From an uncultured Gemmatimonadales bacterium (GTDB taxonomy: Bacteria > Gemmatimonadota > Gemmatimonadetes > Gemmatimonadales > GWC2-71-9), in the NCBI GenBank assembly GCA_963771275.1, contig CAVYSW010000011.1, positions 32,001 through 96,000 on the forward strand: 64,000 nt of DNA, written 5' to 3'. A model generated the notes under the pieces. The model did not search any database and had not been told where the DNA came from. It was given only the letters and a program-made list of their open reading frames with translations. A program made the translations under genes and the position numbers. Numbering within the stretch: position 1 is the stretch's first letter; the number at the start of each line of letters is the position of its first letter. Below, piece after piece: positions 10,751 to 20,100 of the stretch.

Positions 10751-11336
10751 CGGTGGACTCCGCGGGCGGGCGGCCCGGCGCCAGGTAGGCCAGCGTCCGC
10801 GCGAGGACCGCGTGGGCGCGATTGAGCCGCGAGGCGACGGTTCCCGCCGAGCAGCCCAGCGCGCGCGCGATCTCGTCGTACGACAGATCGTCGAAGTACC
10901 GCAGCAGCACCACCATGCGCAGCTTGGGCGACAGCCGTTCGACCGCCGTCGACACGTCGCTCCCGAGATCTGACGGGCCGGCGGGATCGAGGTGCCCAGC
11001 GCGCCAGGAGCGACGGCGACATATCGCCGAACAGCACGACCCGGCGCCGCCGTCGGAGCTCGTCGATGCACGCGTTGGCCGACGATGCGGTAGAGCCAGG
11101 TGGACAGCCGCGCGTCGGCGCGAAACGACGGGGCGGCCCGGAAGACCTTCACGAAGACCTCCTGGGTCACGTCCTTGGCCGCGGCGTCATCGCCCTGCAG
11201 GTAAGTGCCAGGCGATGGAAAAGACGCGGTCCCGATACCGCTCGAAGACGTGACGCTGTGCGACGGGGTCGCCCCGGCGGCAGCCATCGAGGATATCGGG
11301 GCCGAGCTCCGGCTCCGCCACTAGGCGCGTCCCCAT
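10734..11336 (-). CDS. ECF sigma-70 factor, split by frameshifts
   Basis: AKDVTQEVFVKVFR...FRADARLSTWLYRI (region 2); LSPKLRMVVLLRYFDDLSYDEIARALGCSAGTVASRLNRA (region 4). Confidence 0.85.
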
Positions 11337-11382
11337 GCTTGCCTTGTTGGACGGCCCGGCGCGCCGGATTCTTCCGTCCCGA

Positions 11383-11922
11383 TCAGATCGCCAACCTCAC
11401 CCCCACGCCGAGGCGCCCGTCGGGGCCAGCAGGCGACCCCGGGCCGATGCCGTCGAGCGGCACGGTCTGCCAGCGCTCGGTCCTCACCAAGAGACCGACG
11501 ACCGGGCCGGTGCCCGCGCCGATCGGGGCGAGCAGGACCGCACCCAGGAACGCGCTGGCACCGGAACCGATCAGCCAGTCGGTGTCGTTGTGTCCCGCCA
11601 CACCGACAATCACGCCGGTCACGGCGCCGACCGCGAACCCAATCGCCGCTCCGGTCATCCAGTGCGAGTGCCGACCGCGGCTCACCTGCAGGCGGTCGAC
11701 CGTCGCGAGCGGGACCGCCGTTGCCACGCTGCGGTCATCGTCGCGTACCATCAGCGTGTCCGCTCGGACGCCCTCGAACACACCGACCAACTCCGCCGTG
11801 TGCGCGACGGTAGACCGCACGCGCATGCGCTGACCAGGCTGGAGGGGCCCTCCCGCCTGCGCGACCGCGGCGGACCGGGCAGCACCCGCGAGCAACAGAA
11901 TGAGTAGCACAGCACACCGCAT
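11383..11922 (-). CDS. Hypothetical exported/membrane protein with Gly-zipper-like helices
   Basis: Signal peptide MRCAVLLILLLAG, GAAIGFAVGAVTG helices, RBS GGAGG upstream. Confidence 0.6.
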   Translation of the reverse strand: MRCAVLLILLLAGAARSAAVAQAGGPLQPGQRMRVRSTVAHTAELVGVFEGVRADTLMVRDDDRSVATAVPLATVDRLQVSRGRHSHWMTGAAIGFAVGAVTGVIVGVAGHNDTDWLIGSGASAFLGAVLLAPIGAGTGPVVGLLVRTERWQTVPLDGIGPGSPAGPDGRLGVGVRLAI

Positions 11923-11989
11923 GGGGACCTCCGGTGCTCGGGAATAGGATCCTCGGCCCAGCGGGATACCGCCGGCCCACCCAACAGCC

Positions 11990-13417
11990 CTACTGCACCC
12001 GCACCAGCCGGAACCCGTCGTCCCGGTAGATCCCGGACGGGTCCTGCGCGAATCGCTGCGCGACCCGGCATTGGCCCGCGGAGTCCTCCCAGGACCCGCT
12101 GCGCAGTACCCGGCCCGAGCCGATGGCCGGCCCCGTGGGGTCCGTCCCCGGGCTGGTGGAGTAGTAAGACGGGTCATACCAGTCCTGCACCCACTCCCGC
12201 ACGTTGCCGCTCATGTCGTACAGCCCGAGTCCGTTGGGCGCCTTCTGCCCCACCGGGTGCGTGGCGGTGTTGCTGTTATCCAAGAACCACGCCACGTCCC
12301 CCACGGTGTTGGAGCCCGCCCACTCCGTGCCGTCGCCCGGCGCCGGTCCACCCTTGGCCGCATACTCCCACTCGGCCTCGGTCGGCAATCGGTAGCACCC
12401 CGACTCCGTGGTGCAGCCCGCGTGGCCGTTCGCCGTGTTGAGCGCGGCGATGAACTGCTGCGCCATCTCCCAGGAGACCTGCTCCACCGGGCAGTTGTCG
12501 CAGCCCGCGTGGTTTGCCGGGCTGGTCCCCATGACCGCCCGCCACTCGGCCTGGGTCACTTCGTACTTGCCGAGGTAGAACGCCTGGGTGAGCGCGACGG
12601 TGTGCACGGGGAGCTCCTCGGGCATCCCGTCGCCGACCTGGTCCCCCATCTCGAACGTTCCCGCGGGCACGAGCACGAACTCCATGTCGAACGCGGCCGC
12701 GGTGAACGACCAGGTGACGTCGGCACCCACGGGATTCCCCGCGAGGTCGGTGATCGTCCCCGCGATCTTGGCCGTGTACTGCGCGCCGAACCCGAGCGGT
12801 TCGGCGGGCACGAACGTCCATGTCGCCCAGGTCTCTCCAATGCCCACGTCGCCAGCCACGGGACCGCCGGGCCCGGTGAGCGAGAAGCTGGAAGCGGTGA
12901 TGTTCCGCCCGTCGATCAGTTCGCTGAAGGTGACCACGACCGCGGCCAGCTTCGTTGGCACGGCCGTTGCCCCGGGCGCGGGGCTGCGGCTCACCACCGT
13001 GGGCGGCGTGTTGTCGGTCGCGGTCTTCTGGAACACCATTTCCAATTGCGCGCCGTACCAGCTGAGCGTGAGCCGCGTGCCGCTAAGCTCGGCCGTTTCG
13101 GTGCGGACGCCATGCTCCTCGGTGAACGTCAGGACGGTGCCACTGCGCGCCCACGTCCCCGATTCCGACTCCATGTCGGTCTCGCCGTCGATCGTCTGGC
13201 CGATGGTGACGAGGGAGAGATACGAGTCGTCCCCGTTGAGTCGGAGGACCCCGGCGGTGAGCAGGGTCGTGTCGAGACCGGACACATCGAGGATGTAGGG
13301 GAGCGGCTGTCCCTCAACGGTCGTGAGGGCATACGTGCCAACCACGTCCTCCGGGCTCGTCGATTCGCCGCAGGCGAACAGGACGAGCACGGTCGCAAGC
13401 ACCGCTCCGATACGCAT
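11990..13417 (-). CDS. Lipoprotein: lipocalin-like + Ig-like (SbsA/Big_5) + FGE/SUMF1-family domain
   Basis: Lipobox LFAC; DNTPPTVVSRSP...ITDLAGN; RLPTEAEWEYAA, NGLGLYDMSGNVREW, GFRLVR. Confidence 0.85.
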   Translation of the reverse strand: MRIGAVLATVLVLFACGESTSPEDVVGTYALTTVEGQPLPYILDVSGLDTTLLTAGVLRLNGDDSYLSLVTIGQTIDGETDMESESGTWARSGTVLTFTEEHGVRTETAELSGTRLTLSWYGAQLEMVFQKTATDNTPPTVVSRSPAPGATAVPTKLAAVVVTFSELIDGRNITASSFSLTGPGGPVAGDVGIGETWATWTFVPAEPLGFGAQYTAKIAGTITDLAGNPVGADVTWSFTAAAFDMEFVLVPAGTFEMGDQVGDGMPEELPVHTVALTQAFYLGKYEVTQAEWRAVMGTSPANHAGCDNCPVEQVSWEMAQQFIAALNTANGHAGCTTESGCYRLPTEAEWEYAAKGGPAPGDGTEWAGSNTVGDVAWFLDNSNTATHPVGQKAPNGLGLYDMSGNVREWVQDWYDPSYYSTSPGTDPTGPAIGSGRVLRSGSWEDSAGQCRVAQRFAQDPSGIYRDDGFRLVRVQ

Positions 13418-13564
13418 AAGGGCCCCCGCCGCATTGGGATCGAGGCCCCGTCCACCTGCGCCGGCCGCCGTAGGCGACGACCGCGATCGTAAGCGACCGT
13501 TAACATGCGCCCCGCACCCTGGTCGCGCTACAAAGTGGATTTGTCGGAATTCGTGGTGCCGCTG

Positions 13565-13610
13565 CCACACGAACGCCCCGTGCGGGGATACCCTGCACGA
13601 GGCGTCGTGG
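13565..13610 (-). terminator. Long hairpin downstream of the tricorn gene
   Basis: CACGAACGCCCCGTGCGGGG-ATA-CCCTGCACGAGGCGTCGTG. Confidence 0.5.
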
Positions 13611-13633
13611 CCTACTCGGCTACTCGCTTTGCG

Positions 13634-16600
13634 TCAGCCGCGACGCTTCCCCCAGATCGGCGGCGGCGGTTCCGTCGTCGCCCGGTCCACCGGGTGCTCG
13701 TTCAGTATCCGGAGCGCCTCTTGTACCGCGCGCTCGAGCTGTGGGTCGTGGCCCGCGATCACGTCCTTGGGCCAGTTCTCGACGTCGATGTCCGGGCCCA
13801 CTCCCTCGTTTTCGACCGCCCACTTGCCGTCGCGCGAGAAGAACCCGCCGCGCGGCGCGATCATCGAGCCGCCGTCGATGAACGGCGGCGTGTCGGCCGT
13901 ATGCACCAGCCCGCCCCAGGTGCGCTTCCCCACCAGCAGGCCGATCTTGCGGTAGTGGAACATGTACGGCATCAGGTCGCCGCCCGAGCCGGCCATTTCG
14001 TTGATGATCATGACCTTCGGGCCCCAGATGCCGGCGGCGGGGCTGGTGAACGGGTAGCGCTCGTCCGCCACATTGTTGAAGTAGCCGTCGAAGTGCCGTC
14101 TCCAGCACGTCGATGATGTAGTCGGCCGCCGAGCCGCCGCCGTTGAACCGCTCGTCGATGATCGCGCCCTGCTTGTCCTGCTGCGCGAAATAGTAGCGGT
14201 TGAAGCTGGTGTAGCCCGGCTGCCCCGTGTTGGGGAGATGGACGTAGGCGAGCTTCCCGCCCGAGAGCGAGTCCACCAGCCGACGATTGGACTCCACCCA
14301 CGCGCGCGTGCGCAGGCCCTGCTCGTTCGCGACCGGCACGACCGTCACCGTCCGCGCTCCCTCGGCAACCGGGCGCGCGTTCACCATGAGCACGGTCTGC
14401 TTGTCGGCCGTGCCGTCCAGCAGGCGATGAATGTTGTCGGGCGCCCTGAGATCGACGCCGTTGATGGCGAGCACGTAGTCACCCACCCGCACGTCCACGC
14501 CCGGGGCCGCGAGCGGCGCCCGCAACTCGGGGTTCCAGCTCTCCGCATCGTAGATCCGCGCGATCTTGTAGCGACCGCCGTCGATCGTGAAGTCGGCACC
14601 GAGCACCCCCCCGGTCGTCTGCGGCACCTCCGGCATGTCGCCGCCGCGCACGTACGAGTGCCCGATCGCGATCTCGGCGCCCATGTTGTCGAGCAGGTAG
14701 TTGAGATCGGCGCGGTGCATCGCATAGGGCAGGAACTGGCCGTACATCTCCTTGTCTTTCACCCAGTCGGTGCCGTGCAGGTTCGGCACGTAGAGATAGT
14801 CGCGCTGGTTACGCCATCCCTCGTGGAAGATCTGCCTGAACTCGGCCACCGGATCGAGGTACATCGTGAGCGTGACGGGGAGCCGTCCCTGCCCCGCCTG
14901 CGGCGGGGTGCGGTCGGCGTCCACCAGGAACAGACTCGGTCCACTGCTGCCCCTGCCGCCCCGGCCACCAACCACCACCACCGCCGCCGGCCGTGCGATA
15001 GAGCAGCTTGCGGCCGTCGGCGCTCACCGCGAAGTCGGCGACGCCGGCCGCGAACTGCTGGGCCCGACGGTCGCTCAGCCGGTACCGCTGCAACGTGGAG
15101 CCGCCACCGCCGAAGCCCCCGCCCCCGCCCCCGCCCCCGCCGGCCGCCAGCTCGCGATAGAACACCGTCCCCGCCGCACCCGCCGCGAGCTGCGCGTACT
15201 GGCGCACCGGCACGCCCGGCACCGAGAGGATCCGCTGCGACAGGCCGGCGAAATCGATCTGCACCGTGACCGGCCCGGATGCGCCGCGACCCGCCGACGG
15301 CGGGCCGGCGGCGCTGTCACCCACAGCCCCCGGACCCCGACCGCGGCCGCCCGCCCCGCGCGGCAGCGCCACCACGCCGCTGTCCTCGTCACTCTCGGGC
15401 AGCAGTGGCGAGGCCTCGCCCGTCTTCAGCACGGCGAAGTACAGCCCGAAGGTCTCCTCGTGATCGTAGGACGTCATGTCGAGCCACTGTGACCGCAGAC
15501 CGAAGTCGGTGGACGCGAGGAACCAGAGGTACTTCCCGCTGGCGTCCCACGCCGGCCACACCGCGTCGGCGAGCCCGTCGGTGACCTGGTGCGTCTCGCC
15601 CGTCTCCGCGTCGCTTACGAAGATCGCGTGGTACAGCGACCGCAGCCGGCTGGAGTAGGCGACCCACTTCGAGTCCGGGCTCCACACCGGGTTCAAGGTC
15701 CGCTGCGGCACCATCCACGGATCGTGGCCCACGATCTTCGCCTTGCCCGTCGCCACGTCCAGCACCCACACGTTGAGCTTGGTGTCGGTGAACAGGAGCT
15801 TCTTCGAGTCGGGAGACCAGGATGGTGTGTAGTAGTGCGTGGGGTTCTGCAGCGGGATCACCCGGGGCGGCGTGATCCCATCCTGGCCCTCGATCACGAG
15901 CTGATACTCGCCCGACTTGTCGCTGAAGTACGACACCCACTTCCCGTCGGGCGACCAGGCCGGGTCGCGCTCGGCGGATCCGGCCGCATTGCTGAGGTTT
16001 CGCACGTCGCCCTTCTCGGCCGGGATCGTGAAGATCTCGCCGCGCGCCTCCACCACGGCGCGCTTCCCGGTGGGGGAGAGCGCCATGCTCGTCATCCGGG
16101 TGGTGGCGTCCTCCCAGCGCGGCATCATCCAGGGGAAGTCTCCGGCGGCCGTGATCGGCACCACGCGCTCGCGGCCCGTCTGCGGATCCAGCTCGTGGAC
16201 CTGGAACGCCTGCTCGAACACCACCGCGCCGGCGCCCGCGTCCAGCGCCTTGACGTCGAAGTCCCGGAAGTGCGTCACCTCGGTGAGCCGCTTGGTCTTC
16301 GTGTCGTACGACCAGATGTTCGCGACGCCGTCGCGGTCCGAGATGAAGTACACGACGTCGCCGACCCACACCGGGTCGACGTCCTTGGAGTCAATCCACG
16401 GCGGCGACTCGAGATCGTAGCTCGCGAGATTCACGATCCAGACGGGCCGATTCTGGCCGCCGCGATAATTGCGACGCTCCTCGTCCCACGAGGTGTTCAT
16501 GCGGTACGCGATGCGCGTGCCGTCGGGCGAGAGCTTGCCCTGATAGGCGCGCGGGATCGGCAGCGCGTCGGGCACCCCGCCCTCCGCCGGGATGGTCCAG

Positions 16601-17022
16601 AAGCGCGGCGCGCCGGACGGCGCCCACGTCGCCCGCGTCGAGCTGAACAGCACGGCCTTGCCGTCCGGCGTCCAGCCCTGCACCAAGTCGGGCGACGGGT
16701 GCCACGTCAGGCGCCTGGGCTCGCCTCCCTGGGCGGGCACCACGTACACGTCCAGATTGCCGCCGTACTCGGCGCTGAACGCGATCGCCTTGCCGTCGGG
16801 CGAGAAGCGCGGGTTCGACGTCTGACCCTGGAAGCTCGTGATCCGCCGGGCGGCGCCACCGGCACGGTCCACCACCCAGATGTTGCTGGCATACGCGAAC
16901 GCGATCTGCGTGGCGCTCACCGTGGGCTGCCGCAGCAGCCTGGTCTGCGCGGAGAGCGGCAGGCCGGCACCAAGGGCGACGACCAGGAATACCAGAGCAC
17001 GTGAGCAGCGGGGGACGGGCAT
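13634..17022 (-). CDS. tri: Tricorn protease homolog (S41; PD40 propellers, PDZ), frameshifts near 14975 and 14095
   Basis: TRLLRQPTVSATQIAFAY, WSPDG/WSPDS repeats, IGHSYV, DERFNGGG, INEMAGSGGD, GKRTWGG, ENEGVGPDI. Confidence 0.92.
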
Positions 17023-17194
17023 CTCTGCCTCCGAGTGACTGCAACCGGGACGAAGCGGGGGGACAGCGCGGGAAACATGGCCGAGGGGCTGTTCCGCGGG
17101 AAGGGCCGCGTGGCGCCCGTTGCGGACTGCCGCCTGACTTGGCGGGCGTCCCGGCCCTAGCTTACTCCTTGACCCCTCTTCCGGACCGCGCTCC

Positions 17195-20100
17195 ATGCTC
17201 TCCCCGCGACTCCTCGCGCTGTCCCTCGCCGCCGCCGCATTCCAGGGCAACGGCTCCGACGACCTGCAGGTGCTGCGGCACCTGCCGCAAGACGACGCGG
17301 CACCAACCGCCGTCATCCTGATCACGTTCGATCGGCCGGTGGCGGAGGATCTCGATCGCAGCGTGCCGGCCGCGAGCGTCCTGTCGATCGAGCCGGCGGT
17401 CTCCGGCAAGGCGGACTGGCGGGATCCCGTGACCCTGCGGTTCACGCCGAGCGAGCTGCTCCCGATCGGGACGCGGTACACGGTGTCCGTCTCGAACGCG
17501 TTCACCGCATCCGACGGCAGTCGCCTCGCGGAGCCGTACCGCTTTGTGTTCCGCGTGCGCGGGCCGAGCGTCCTGGCCAACTCGATCGCGACGCTGGGCG
17601 ACGCGGCGCAATACGTCGACACCCGCCCGCGCATCGCCCTGGTCATGTCCGGGCCGGGTGACTTCCAGCTGCTGACGCGCACCGCCTGGATCGAGCTCGC
17701 GCCGCAGTGCGGGGGGGAGCGCGTGGTGCGCCTGACGCTGGTCGGCGACCGCGCGATCGACGACCGCGACCCCTGGCAGTATCGCCGCTGGACCCGCGAC
17801 GACGACACCGGCGATCGCGGAGACCGGGTGCGCCTGGTCGAGCTCGCGCCGGTGCGGGCGCTGCCGCGCGACTGCGCCGCCGTACTCAACCTCCCGCAAC
17901 GCGCCGACACGGAGCTGCCCGGCGAGCCGCGGCGCTGGGCGTTCCATACGTACGGCCCCTTGCGGCTGCTCGAGGCCCGCTGCGGCACCGAGCGCTGGTG
18001 CGCCACTGGGCCGCTCCGCCTGCGCTTCTCGACACCGGTCAGGGGTGCGGCGCTGGCGGCCGCCCTCCGGCTCACGCCACCCGCCGCCATTCTCTGGAAC
18101 GACACGGCCGCCGAGCGGTCGGAATGGTGGCTCAGCGGCGAGCTCAAGCCGCGGACGACGTACATCGTGGTGCTCGACAGCGCCCTCCGCGACGTGTTCG
18201 GCCAGCGGCTGGGGCCGGTGGAGGGGCAGGTCGCCCGCACGACGGGGTACACCCCCTACGTGCAGTACCCCTTGGGCCGGCTGCTCGTCGAGCGCGCCGC
18301 GTCGCGCACCCTCGCGCTCACCTACATGAACGTGGGCACGGTCGTGGCGGCGACCACGCCGATCCCCGACTCGCTGTTGCCGGAGCTGCTCGGCCGTCCG
18401 TGGGGACATGCCGAGCTGCTGGCCCAGCTCGGGGGCTCCCGCATCGACACCCTCGCCGTGCAGCACCAGAATGACCGGGCCGGCATCGCCGTGCTCCAGC
18501 TTCCCGCGTGGAACGCGCAGCGCCCCGCGAGCCCCGGCCTCGTGGCCGTCCAGGCGGACACGTCGCTCAAGGACCTGCGGCGCGCGCCGGTGGCGCTCGT
18601 GCAGGTCACCGATCTCGCCGTGCACGCGCGGCTCGGGCTCGCGGATGGGGCGGTCTGGGTCGTCGGCGCCGGCGACGGCAGGCCGCGGCAGGGGGCGGAC
18701 GTGACCCTGTACGACGGCCACGGCCGCGTCCGACTGCGCGGCACGACCGACGCCCAGGGCCTGGTGCGGTTCCCCGCCCTGCCCCCCCAGCCTCCCGATA
18801 CGGCCGACGCCGAAGCGGATTGGTACCGCCGCAGCTTCGACGGCTACGTGACGGCGGTGCTGGGCAACGACCGGGCGATCGCGACGCTCTCCCAGAGCGA
18901 CTGGGAGCTCAATCCGTGGCGGTTCAACGTGCGCGGCGCGTGGGGCGGCGAGCGCGCACCGGTCGCCGCCGCCGTGTTCACCGAGCGCGGTATCTACCGC
19001 CCCGGCGAGATCGTCCACGCCAAGCTGATCGTGCGGCGCGGGCTGCTCGGCACACTGGCCCCGCCGGCTGCCGGCGACTCGGCGCGCGTCAAGTTCACTG
19101 ACCGCGAAGGCGAGACCGTGCGTGACACCGTGGTGCGGCTCTCCGAGTTCGGCACCGCCGACGAGGCACTCACCGTGCCGGACGGCGCCGCGCTCGGGAG
19201 CTACCAGGTGGAGGTGGCGGCGGTCGCCGACGGCCAATGGAGCTGGATCGGCAACGCCGGGTACCGCGTGGCCGAATACCGCCCGCCCGAGTTCCTCGCC
19301 GACGCGCGCGCCGCCGACACGGTGCGCCTGGCGGGCGACTCGCTCACCGTGACGATCGATGGGCGCTATCTGTTCGGCGCGCCGATGGCCGGGGCGGCGC
19401 TTCAGTGGGCCCTTACGCGGACGAGCGTCACCCCCTGGGAGCTGCGCATTCCCGGGACCGAGCGGTTCTCGCTCACCGAGGCCCGCTGGTGGTGGGAGGA
19501 GACCTCGTCGTTCCCGGCGGTGGTCGCCCAGGGCGCCGACTCGCTCGACGCGGACGGCGCGCTCAGCCTCACGCAGGCGCTGCCGCCGGCGGAAGCCGGG
19601 CAGCCGTACCGCGCGACCGTGACCGCCACGATCATGGACGTGAACCGCCAGACCGCGTCGGCGTCGGCCGGCGCGCTGGTGCATCCCGCCGCGTTCTACC
19701 TCGGCGCGCGCGCCGCGGGTGACGAGTACTTCTGGCGGGCGGGCCGGCCGCACGAGGCCGAGGTGATCGCGGTGCGCCCGAACGGCGCGCGCGTGCCCGG
19801 GGTCGCCGTCACCGGTGTGCTCGTGCGGCGCGAGTGGCACCGCGTCCGCCGCGAGCGGGGCGGCTACAGCGAGATCGTGGGCGAGTGGGTGGCGGACACG
19901 GTCGGCACGTGCGCCGTCACCACGACCGCGGACGGGCCGGCTCGCTGCCGCGTGAGCCCCACGGCCGCCGGCCAGTACACGCTCCGCTTCACTGCGGTCG
20001 ACCCGGCCGGCCACGCGGTCGCCGCCGGCCTGTACCGCTGGGTGACCGGCGCGGACTGGGTGCCCTGGTTCGACGAGACGCAGCTCAAGATGGACGTCGT

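Noticed and set aside
11990..12700. FGE-type domain as a diversity-generating retroelement target or a true formylglycine-generating enzyme
   Set aside because: No reverse transcriptase or template repeat seen in the window; the catalytic Cys pair is not evident (RSGSWEDSAGQCR).
1010..17022. Many frameshifts (receiver, M1, FecR, ECF, tricorn; also TBDR ~27140 and TPR-2 ~50060) as pseudogenes or programmed recoding
   Set aside because: Catalytic motifs are intact, no in-frame stops accumulate, and several shifts sit in G/C runs; sequencing or consensus indels are the simpler explanation. Needs read-level confirmation.
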